This document shows positions 52,609 through 62,667 of a stretch of DNA of 64,000 nt, piece after piece. Where the stretch lies: assembly GCA_964252035.1 (NCBI GenBank), contig OZ176210.1, one strand, 5' to 3'. A program made the translations under genes and the position numbers. Positions within the stretch are counted from its first letter, which is position 1. Every line of letters begins with the position of its first letter. The notes beneath the pieces are model-generated. The model saw nothing but the letters and a program-made list of their open reading frames with translations, did not search any database and was not told the origin of the DNA. Source of the DNA: Podarcis erhardii (lineage: Eukaryota).

Positions 52609-54554
52609 AGCAGTGTTTAGATCTGAGCTGTGGGACTGAGTGTTAATTGTAGAGTGGTTCCCCACTCCAGCACCAACTCTGTAGGGTAGTTTCATAGCCC
52701 ATGGGAACCCAATGCCATCCTTTCTCTTTGCTGCCACCACCAGCGTATGGGTCACCTAGGGACAGGGGTGTGGGACTCCGAGTGTCTCCTCAATAATGCA
52801 GGAACAGCCAGCTGAATTTCCTGGTATCTGGCATGGCAACTCCCACTGCCTCCTTTCTGCTTTCCCAAGCCCTTTAACAATCCATAACATGGTACCAGCA
52901 GCCTAAGCCATGCGGAGAGTTAACAAGACTTTGAGCGTATTCAGAAACTGCTATAGCCCAATTAAGCATTTTATTTAAAAGGAGCATATGGAAAAGGGAT
53001 GTGAGGCAGGGAATGGCAGGTAGGCAGTTCAGCATTGAAATAAAACACTACACCACAATATTGGTCTAACTAATCCTACACTTAAGCCAAACTAACATTG
53101 CAAGAATTTACACACTGTGGTTGTCTCTGGCGCACGCAGCTTCAAACATCAGTTGCAGGTTGGGAGTTTGAGAGGAACAAAGTAATATGGCCACCATTTT
53201 AAAGGATTTATTACCCATATTGGTTTGGGAAGGCAGCTGGTTGATTCCTGCCAGATGCCAAGTCAGGTAGAAGTGAACGGACACCATTTGAGGAGTGGGA
53301 ATTGGTAGACCCTCCCCTGAGAGCTGAGGAAGATAAGGAAGATGGTTATTGTGCATGGAAATTACCACCAGTTTTCCCCATCTACCTGCTAAACAGACTT
53401 AATCAATAACCTGTGGGTGTGACTTTGCTTACCTATAATGGAAGCTGGATATCCTTAAAACGACAGAGTAGGGGACATCAGAAGTACTTAAGAGGCACTG
53501 GAGAGACCTAGCATTGGTGTGAGATGAGAGATGCAGTAGTAAGGCTTGGCTAGGTGGTTAGAAGACAAGAAGGAAGAAAACATGGATGCATAATGGGCAA
53601 AGTCAGCAAACTCTCCTGTTCTCCTGAATCATTTGGCTATATAACAGGATGAAAAAAGATACTGAATGGAGGCATTCAGTACTGATACTTAATGTGCTAG
53701 AGAGGTGGGTGGGAGAGACAAATACCGTATTGGGAGAGCAAGGTACACGTGTAAATAATTGATGATAGGGATGAACTGATTTGCAAACAGTGATTTTGTA
53801 TGATAAATGATTTCTACACTTGTTGGTTTTGATTTCTTCTTACCCCTCTGGAGTCTCTAGTGTGTTTTGTGCCATTACAGAGGTTCGTGCTTCTGCAGTT
53901 GTGTCACGTTTTATTACGGTGTGCCTTTGAAGTGGCTTCGTGCTTATCCTAGGTGATGTCATTCCAGCTAAATTACTATCCTGAAAGTAGTAGTTTGCTC
54001 TGTGATAAGTTAGGATTAAAATATGAACAAGTGTCTGGGGACCCATCAATTTCTGTCAGTTGGAACCTGCAGGTTCCCTTCCTATTCTTCTGAACCAATT
54101 GCCACTGGAAGTCGGCCCATATAATTGAGATGAGACCTGGATTTTATTCAATGGTTTCTATTTGACAACTTGAAATGATTGCTCTGAGAGTAATAAACCA
54201 CTGCATATTTGAAGTATAAAAATTGGCATGAAATCTGAGAGCTCAGGTGTATGTTAAAGGAATTGTACCAGTCATAAAAAGGATGGTGGCACTTAACAAA
54301 CCTTCGATGAGAAGGTCTTGTAGAAGTTGATAGAGTAAGGTAGAATAGTTTTGTTATTTAAGAACTGAGTAGAATAACAAAGGGATGCATAATGTCAGGT
54401 GGCAAATGTGTTATTCTTATTACAGGTTAAGAGATTATTTGCATGAAAAAATCCATACTGCAAGATATTTCAGTTTCTCTTCTGTAAGATTTTTGTAAGC
54501 AGATATGTTCAGTGGAACTTGCAGATCATAATTTGGTAGGCATTATAGAGTATA

Positions 54555-54930
54555 GAGATGCAGGTGGCGCTGTGGTCTAAACCACTGAGCCTAGGGCTTG
54601 CCACTCAGAAGGTCTGCTGTTCGAATCCCCGCGACGGAGTGAGCTTCCTTCCGTTGCTCGGTCCTTGCTCCTGCCAACCTAGCAGTTCGAAATCATGTCA
54701 AAGTGCAAGTAGATAAATAGGTACGGCTCCGGCAGGAAGGTAAACAGTGTTTCCACGCGCTGCTCTGGTTTTGCCAGAAGCGGCTGAGTCATGCTGGCCA
54801 CATGACCCGGAAAAACTGTCTGCGGACAAACATCTGCTTCCTTGACCACTAAAGTGAGATGAGCGCTCAAACCACAGAGTCGTTCGTGACTGGACTTAAC
54901 TATCAGGGGTCCTTTATCTTTACCTTTTTT
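54555..54930 (+). mobile_element. Sauria SINE, full length
   Basis: gagatgcaggtggcgctgtggtctaaaccactgagcc head and ggggtcctttatctttacctttt tail. It abuts an oppositely oriented CR1 3' end. Confidence 0.88.
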
Positions 54931-55015
54931 ATAGAATCGTAGAGTTAGGAGGGGTCCCAAGGAACATCTAGTCCAACCCCCTGCAGTGCAGGAATCTCAA
55001 CTAAAGCATGCAGGC
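54931..55015 (-). mobile_element. CR1 LINE 3' end
   Basis: atagaatcgtagagttaggaggggtcccaaggaacatctagtccaacccc is the reverse complement of a CR1 terminus. Confidence 0.65.
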
Positions 55016-55619
55016 AGAAGGATAGAAGAGTGGCAATTGATATTAAATTAGCATACGTGACCCACCACAGTTTTTTGATGGTAGTACAAATGGAATAACA
55101 GGTTGTGGCAGGCATGGTAATTTTCATGCAAAGCAGCGGGTCTAATGTTGACTATAGATTTGTCTTTATTTTAATGCAATGTTGTATTAAGAAACCCCCA
55201 TCTCCTTTGTACAAGATTGTAGTCTGTAACTGAGGTTTCTGTTATAACGGGAAAATACTGCCACCATGTGCCCAGACCTGTTGTTGCTGCTGTAACTATT
55301 GTAGCAAGCTGAAAAAGACTTGCACTATTTAAAAACAGCAGTGTGTTAGAAAGCTAACCTTTTCTGTGTGCATTCAAGTTAGTATACTTAGTTCACTGAT
55401 TCTGCTTATGTGCACTCTGAATTAGCATGGAAATGTGTTTCAGGTAATTTAATTCATAGGGTATACTTGTTAAATGTCTCTTAGGTGCAAGTCCTTTAAT
55501 CTAGAATTTAGCATTTTATGGACAAAGTCATACGGCGAAAGCCATACACTTAATATGTAGTTTTACTTGGGTCTAGATTCTGGCAGTTCCCTCATTGTGA
55601 GAAGTGAGGTTCCTGGAAG

Positions 55620-55830
55620 CCAGGCAGAGGGCCTGCCCTGTAAAACACCCTCCTGTCAGATGTCAAGGGAATAAACAACTATCTGACTTTTAGGAGACAT
55701 CTAAAGGCAACCCTCTTTAGGGAAGTTTTTAATGATTGATGCTTTACTGTGGTTTTAAATAGTTGGAAGCTGCTCAGACTGGCTGTGGCAACCTAGTCAG
55801 ATAGGTGGCATATAAATTGTTGTTGTAGTA
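55620..55830 (+). mobile_element. L2-clade LINE 3' end, more diverged
   Basis: cagatgtcaagggaataaacaactatctgacttttaggagacatctaaaggcaaccctctttagggaagtttttaatg matches the same L2 family. Confidence 0.75.
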
Positions 55831-55973
55831 GTTATAATCATCATCACCATCTGCTGCTGCTGCACTTGCTAGTTTTCTAAAAAAAGATAAGGACTGCCAT
55901 CTTGTTTTAAGGTTTTTCTTATAACTTTCAGAAATCATGTAGTTGTCGTACATAATCTTGATTTTTGTTTCAG

Positions 55974-56116
55974 GGACAAGTGATCCATATGTCAAGTTTA
56001 AAATTGGTGGAAAAGAAGTGTTTAGAAGCAAAACTATCCATAAGAATCTTAACCCTGTATGGGAAGAAAAAACTTCAATCATGATTGAACATTTAAGGGA
56101 ACAACTGTACATAAAG
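55974..56116 (+). CDS. MCTP1: MCTP1 exon 3 (C2A)
   Basis: tttcag|GG...AAG|gtgagc. 143 nt, phase 1 to 0. Encodes [48 protein letters not shown]. Confidence 0.97.
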
Positions 56117-56360
56117 GTGAGCTACATGTGATTCTCCTTAAAAACAGGTAAGTGCAATGTTGTTGTATCACTCCACACAGTGCTGTAGTTTTTCAATGGA
56201 ATGTTATACAGCTTGATATTGCCATAATAGAAATTCAAGTTATGAAAATATATCATAAAAATGCTTATGAAATTTATAATGCTGTGCCCTGCCAATTTTC
56301 ATAACTGTTCAGAACTCAAATATCTGGTACATTCTTTGAAACATAGGCCAGTGTTGTGCT

Positions 56361-56785
56361 TTGTTGTTGTTGTTGTTGTTTAGTCGTTTAGTCGTGTCCG
56401 ACTCTTTGTGACCCCATGGACCAGAGCATGCCAGGCACTCCTGTCTTCCACTGCCTCCCACAGTTTGGTCAAAGTCATGCTGGTAGCTTCGAGAACACTA
56501 TCCAACCATCTCGTCCTCTGTCGTCCCCTTCTCCTTGTGCCCTCCATCTTTCCCAACATCAGGGTCTTGTCCAGGGAGTCTTTTCTTCTCATGAGGTGGC
56601 CAAAGTATTGGAGTCTCAGCTTCCATGAACTGCAAGAAGATCAAACCTATCCATTCTTAAGGAAATCAGCCCTGGGTGCTCACTGGAAGGACAGATCTTG
56701 AAGCTGAGACTCCAATACTTTGGCCACCTCATGAGAAGAAAAGACTCCCTGGACAAGACCCTGTCAAGAGTCTCCTCCAGCACCA
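56361..56785 (-). mobile_element. BovB LINE 3' fragment with internal inversion-duplication
   Basis: (gtt)n tail at the left end. 11-bp TSD agtgttgtgct at 56350-56360 and 56786-56796. Segment 56624-56763 is in the opposite orientation to the rest. Confidence 0.92.
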
Positions 56786-56944
56786 AGTGTTGTGCTACCC
56801 AGACATAAAAGGGAATGGCAAAATAGAAATGTAAACCCCAATGAGGACAGTATACAAATAGACCTAACATCCAAAACAGTTTGAGACATCACTGATTTTG
56901 TAGTTGGGATATTCTACCAGAGGATCTCCTTGTATAAGTATATA

Positions 56945-57135
56945 AGAAAAGCCTGCAGGATCAGGCCAATGGCCCATCAAGTCCAGTATCCTGTTCTCAC
57001 AGTGGCTGAACCAATGCCTTTGGAACCCCCCAAGCAGGACCTGAATGCAACAGCACTCTTCCCACCTGTGAGTCCTAGAAAATGCTTCTGATAGTAGAGG
57101 TAGAACATAGCCTTCATGGTTAAAAGTCATTGATA
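56945..57135 (-). mobile_element. Old CR1 3' UTR fragment
   Basis: ggatcaggccaatggcccatcaagtccagtatcctgttctcacagtggc pattern, typical of amniote CR1 3' ends read in reverse. Confidence 0.55.
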
Positions 57136-57251
57136 TGTATAGGCAGGGTTGATGCGTTATGTTATATAATGTTTGCTTTCGCTAATATTCTCAAGTAATT
57201 GTTAATTGAATCCCCAACATTAAGAAATGCTATTTCTTTTGTTCACCTTAG

Positions 57252-57331
57252 GTCTTTGATTATGATTTTGGGCTTCAAGATGACTTCATGGGATCAGCGT
57301 TTTTGGATCTCAGCTCACTAGAGCAAAATAG
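57252..57331 (+). CDS. MCTP1: MCTP1 exon 4 (C2A, Ca-binding loop 3)
   Basis: ccttag|GTC...ATAG|gtaccg. 80 nt, phase 0 to 2. Encodes VFDYDFGLQDDFMGSAFLDLSSLEQN-R, with the canonical C2 aspartates present. Confidence 0.97.
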
Positions 57332-58038
57332 GTACCGTGTTGTAAAGCTATTGAAGTAGATAATGACGTTTTGGGCAAGATTGGAGACAAAGATCTAAGC
57401 AATGCTACACTGACGGTGTTATCACCAGTTACTGCTGTTGTGAATAGACACCCCATACCTATTATATTTTTAAATGAAATTTCATAGACCCATCGTTTCA
57501 TTGCCATCTTGCACCATTTTTCTCTATACCTATGTGTGTATATATTAGGGGTGTGAACTGGTTACAAGTTTAGGTTTGGACTGCAAGTTCAGTTTTCAGA
57601 AACAGCTGGTTTTAGACCAAGGTGCTCTGTAGGCTGCCCAGTTTAGCTCAAGGTCTGTCCAAATTCACAAAAAGCCTTGTTCTTGCTCCCTTTCCCTAGA
57701 AGGTCTCTGGCCAGGGATGTGTCAGTGCTCCTGGAAGAAGAGGCAGCTGTCTAAAAACAAGGGAGGTAGAGTTGCAGCTTCACTTGTGTAATGGTCTTCT
57801 TGCTGTCTCCACCAAACATCGTTGAGATGCAGTGAATCCCCCCTCTCCTTTTGAATCCAGACAGGATGGAGATCAAGTGCTGTGTATTGCATGGAACTTC
57901 TGCTTTCCTCCCTTAGTAGCTAATAGTTTACAGGCAGAAGGTAGCAACAGGCACACCATTCTTGTCCCTTTTTAAACTGTATGACCTAATGGATGAAACT
58001 TTTATTTTATTTTTTCGTTTCTAAACTTGGTTTCCTAG

Positions 58039-58147
58039 GTCAACTGAAGTTGCGTTGAGTCTCAAGGATCCACATTATGCTGACCAAGATCTTGGAACTA
58101 TATTATTGTCTGTTTTGCTGACACCAAAAGAACAGCAACGGGAAGGG
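58039..58147 (+). CDS. MCTP1: MCTP1 exon 5 (end of C2A)
   Basis: ttcctag|G...GGG|gtaagt. 109 nt, phase 2 to 0. Encodes STEVALSLKDPHYADQDLGTILLSVLLTPKEQQREG. Confidence 0.95.
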
Positions 58148-59508
58148 GTAAGTGTGGATTGAAACAAATTATGTAGCTTCCCCCCTTTCCTAATGGGAAG
58201 TGTATCACTTTTGCAATGTTTCCATCAGTGAGCATTATTAAATGAAGCCATTTTCTTGTGGGTTTTTATATATTATTCCCCAGTAAATATTGAAAGGTAC
58301 TGATCAGTTTTTGGATGCAATTGACTACTGATGCCTTGCTCTGGGTCAGCCCCTCCGTATAATGATATTGGTACAGATGGGATTTTGATAGAACGCAAAC
58401 ATACAGTGGATTCACTCAGAATTTATTAAAGATAAAGAATTTTGGATCTAGTGCTGTGGTGTTCAAACTGCAACATTTCAGTCCTATTATAGTAAAATCT
58501 TACACAGTTATGAAAACTAGTCAGCTGATTTGTTCTGTGTAGAGCTTAGCTGCTGAAACAGGCATTTATTTGGAGTCAGTGATGTTATTATGCCAGAACA
58601 TTCCTGGACTTAGGGCATAAGTATAGTCAGGAGCTAGAATTTGAGTATCGGTAAAATCGGTAAAAAGACTTAACATTTTCTTAAAACACACATCGAAACA
58701 AAATCGCTTTTTATACATTGCCACTCTATACCTATGGTTTGGAAACCCAGTACCAAGTAAGTGCTAGGATTTGTTTCTTCTTGTTTGGCAAAGGGAAGAG
58801 CAGGTTAGCTGCAGTTTGAGCAGTATGCACTAGCATGCTGCTATTTCATGGTAAGCCATAGTCTCTCTTTCAGACAGTGGCTTCTCTGATAAGCTTTATT
58901 GTAATGTGCAAAAGCTGCCTTAATGTGAATTAGCATGGGATTTCAACGTTCAAACTGTAAGTGTTGCTATTTGGAGTTGTAATGTTAAGTACTCAAATAA
59001 GTGTCTACAAATACATAATGATTCACTTTCTACCTCTGCAGATATAAAACCAAATTGTCCAAATTGCAGGTTATTTTATAGAGTTCAGTTTTACCAAATT
59101 GCCTAGAAATTCAAGAGAGCAACATTTCTTAGTGAATTTTTCTTTTACCCCTTGAAATGAATTGCAGGTTTGTGTGCTGGAGTTTTTGCAACCCCAACTC
59201 ATCTTTTCAAAACTTGGCTATGTTTTTGTTGTTGCAGTATACTGGAATTGGAAATATGTAACATGGGAAAGCTTTTGTGAGATGTTTAGCATTCTGTCCT
59301 GCACTCTAAAACATTAGGTTTACTGTGGCTGTAATTTGGGGACTGTAATAAATCTTTAAAATCCCTCTACCTATATCGCGTAGTCAAACATTTTTTAATG
59401 GCAGCTTGAGAACAGTTTCAGGAGGTAACATACAAGCCTTGTTTTACACGTAGTGTATTCCTAAATATGTCTACTGAGAATCAATCACATTGAGCTTAAT
59501 TGGGCTTA

Positions 59509-59900
59509 AAAGGGACATGGGTGGCGCTGTGGTCTAAACCACTGAGCCTCTTGGGCTTGCTGATCGAAAGGTTGGAAGTTCGAGTTGGTGCACTGGGGTG
59601 AGCTCCCATTACTCTATCCCAGCTTCTGCCAATCTAGCAGTTCGAAAGCATACCAGTTCAAGTAGATAAATAGGTACCGCTACAGCGGGAAGGTAAATGG
59701 TGTTTCCATGCGCTCTGGCTTCTGTTATGGTGTTCCATTGCACCAGAAGCGGTTTAGTTATGCTGGCCACATGACCCAGAAAGCTATCAGTGGACAAACA
59801 CCAGCTCTCTTGGCCTGAAGTGAGATGAGCACCACACCCCATAATTGCCTTTGACTGGACTTAACCGTCCAGGGGTCCTTTACCTATTTACCTTTTACCA
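59509..59900 (+). mobile_element. Sauria SINE, full length
   Basis: gggacatgggtggcgctgtggtc head. 12-bp TSD taattgggctta at 59497-59508 and 59901-59912. Confidence 0.92.
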
Positions 59901-60698
59901 TAATTGGGCTTACTCCCAAGTAAGTGGGTATAAGAGTGTTGCCTTTAATATATGTGGGAGGAGAAGAAATTACAGTTAAAATTTCTTTGATGGGTGCAAA
60001 ACGCTAGAAATTGATGCATGAGACCTAGCTAATTGGAGGGATTTTGGTGCAGTTAGTTTGTTGTGTAGCATGATGAAATGTTTAAGCAGTGTTCTGTAAG
60101 TAAGTCAGTGTGGAAAGAAAGATTTATCATACAGCAATGATAAATTAAAAATAGATGCTGTATTACATAAGAACAGTTTAGCAAGCTTTCTAAGCTCTGT
60201 ATTCCTTTTGATGACTATTATTTTGTATGTTATATTGTTATCTAAAACTCAAAACCAATAATATGTTTTTTGGGGGGAAAGTATTTCTAAAGTAGACCTT
60301 AGTTAAACTTGGCAAATATCTATTTTACTGTTTGTGCCATTACATACACTGAAATTTCCCTTTCTTTCTGGTCTCAGTCTTCCATGCAACATCTTCATGT
60401 TCACAGGCTGCTCAGATATTCTATTGAGTTACTCTGTTTGAAATACCACATACATTGCATTTCACATAGGAGACACCTCATTTTCAAGAAGAAAGCTTGG
60501 TTTAGTAAAGATTATAATGCAAAGGAATGCACTTAAACACTGTAGGACAACATCCATCCTCTGGTTCAGAGGTTCCATACTATGGTTTATGAGGTTCTTT
60601 CGGGTGGTCTGTGACGTATCTGTAAAAAAAAAAAAAAAAAGATGGCTTGTATTTAATTTGAAAAGTTTTAAAGTCAGTTGGCTCAGTTGTTGATGTTA

Positions 60699-60927
60699 AG
60701 GCAGAGGGCCTTCTCAGTAGTGGCGCCCGCCCTGTGGAACTCCCTCCCACCAGATGTCAAGGTAATAAACAACTACCTGATTTTTAGAAGACATCTGGAG
60801 GCAGCCCTGTTTAGGGAAGTTTTTAATGTTTGATGCTTTATTGTGTTTTTAATATCCTATTGGGAGCCACCCAAAGTAGCTAGAGTGGCCCGGCCAGATG
60901 GGCGGGGTATCAGTAATAAATAATAAT
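60699..60927 (+). mobile_element. L2-clade LINE 3' end (same family as the 12.8-kb copy)
   Basis: ggcagagggccttctcagtagtggcgcccgccctgtggaac...ccagatgggcggggtat is closely similar to the reverse complement of 12830-13040. Confidence 0.82.
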
Positions 60928-61059
60928 TGCAACATACAGGCAAGGAGCATATTTGTTTTATCTGTTTTACTTTTATGTGGGCTTAGAAGCCATATATTTT
61001 AATTGGAGGACAGGCACATACTTTGCTGCCTCAATTGCATCCTCAGTGTACCATCCAGC

Positions 61060-61612
61060 AGAACCTTTCCAGGTACTGCGGGACCTCTTACAGTCTGGTA
61101 CAAATGAGGTGGTAGAACTGATGGTAGCTCAATGTGACACTTTTGCAAATCATTTTGTGGACAATGCATCCACTTGCCTCCACCCTGATCCTGACTCTGC
61201 TATTCAACAGATGAATCTCAAGGGTTGTCCAGAGCACTCTCTTAGTCCTGTTGCGTTGGATGAGTTTCAGTTAGTAAGGCTCAAGGATGTGGCCAAAGTG
61301 CTTGGATCGGTCAAGGTGACCGCTTGTGCTATGCATCCCTGCCCCTCTTGGCTGATAAAAACTAGTAGGGAGGGAATAGATAGCTGGGCCAGGGAGGTGA
61401 TTAATGCCTCCTTGCCAAAGGGGGTGATCCCTGCCTGCTTGAAGGAGGCTGTGGTAAAACCACTCCTCAAGAAACCCTCCCTGGATTCAGAAAATCTAAG
61501 TAACTACCGGCCAGTTGCCAGTCTCTCCTTCTTGGGAAAGATTCCTGAATGGGTGGCCATGGACCCAGATACAGGCACTCTTGGAAATAACTGATTTTCA
61601 AGATCCATTTCA
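61060..61612 (+). mobile_element. L2-clade ORF2 internal fragment (pre-RT and RT start)
   Basis: CPSWLIK...VINASL..GVIPACLKEAVVKPLLKKPSLD..NLSNYRPVASLSFLGKI is a recognisable L2/CR1-type region leading into RT domain 1. Confidence 0.85.
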
Positions 61613-62291
61613 ATTGAGGTCACGCTCAATCTATAATCCTCTTATTTTAGAGTAAAACACGTTGGGCTGTTTGTTTCTGTAGAAGTACCACTGAATTATA
61701 AAATTGGTCTGTGGGAGGGAGTTGTAATGATTTTTAAAGGACTTAATTGGATGCAGGGCAGAAGGAATGTGGAAAAAGATGTGCAAAGTTTGTAGCATGG
61801 TTTCTTGTGATGTATAACTGGTTTAGTAAAACTTTGTGTTTGTTTTAGAACTAGCAAATCCTCAGTGGAGAGATGAATGTAGATTTGGATCTAGTGTTTA
61901 AGGTACATACTTTGGCAATGCCTACCTGTAGTAAATTCTGGTCTGCAAAGAAAAACCTCATGTTGCTCAGTTTATTTAGGGTTCTACCAACCTATTAGCA
62001 TTTGAGAGGTCAATATGTTATCTCTATAATTCTAGTATTTGTGCAATTTCTTTCCTAATTTTGTTTATCGTAACTTAGTTGCAGTAGCACTAGTTCCAAT
62101 AATTCTCAATTGGATGTCTGGTTTTGCTTAAGTAGTATGAACACCAAGAAGATCCAAAAGGTACCTTTCTATTTGGATTGACTAATCTGTCCATTTAAAA
62201 ATTGGTAAATTCCAGGGGGAATAATCTATTGTTTCTAATTAAGCAATGGAAGTAAAATAGGGAATAATGAACATACAGTCTAAGTTATTAA

Positions 62292-62380
62292 GGCTACTAT
62301 CCTATGCACACTTACTTGGGAGTAAATCCCACTTAATTTAGCTGGAGTTATTTCTGAGTAGGTATGTATAGGATTGCACT
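62292..62380. repeat. About 90-bp imperfectly palindromic interspersed repeat (representative copy)
   Basis: ggctactatcctatgcacacttacttgggagtaaatccc...ttctgagtaggtatgtataggattgcac. Related degenerate copies by eye near 6005, 10706, 34725, 43387 and 59445-59945. Confidence 0.6.
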
Positions 62381-62619
62381 GCAAATCTGGTAAGCAAAAA
62401 AAAAAGTTGTATTCACTGTATGTTATATATTGTTTATTGTTAACTAACATGTTTCTATATGTAAGAATAATGCATGGCATGCACTGTACTATTGCATGTA
62501 CTGTTTATAGCTGTGTATTGTTTTTGATTTGCTTGTGCATACTTGTGTCTATTATGTGCATACTTTGCTAAAATGAGTGCATGAGTGGATTTTTTTTGTT
62601 TCATGTGTTGGTTGTTTAG

Positions 62620-62667
62620 CAGAGTTCAGTGCAAAGATTTCATCACTGGAGAACTCGCAGATTAACA
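62620..62667 (+). CDS. Candidate 48/45-nt cassette exon of MCTP1 (QSSVQRFHHWRTRRLT)
   Basis: Tandem acceptor gtttag|cag|, donor ACA|gtgagt. Length is a multiple of 3 and the frame is open in the phase 0 left by exon 5. Three TGCATG motifs lie upstream. No transcript evidence. Confidence 0.5.

Noticed and set aside
51560-54060. Blocks with LTR- or ERV-like composition in intron 2
   Set aside because: No convincing TG...CA boundaries with TSD and no gag, pol or env motifs found by eye.
60953-61594. 213-aa ORF as a host gene
   Set aside because: It is a decayed L2 ORF2 fragment with a non-ATG start and no splice context.
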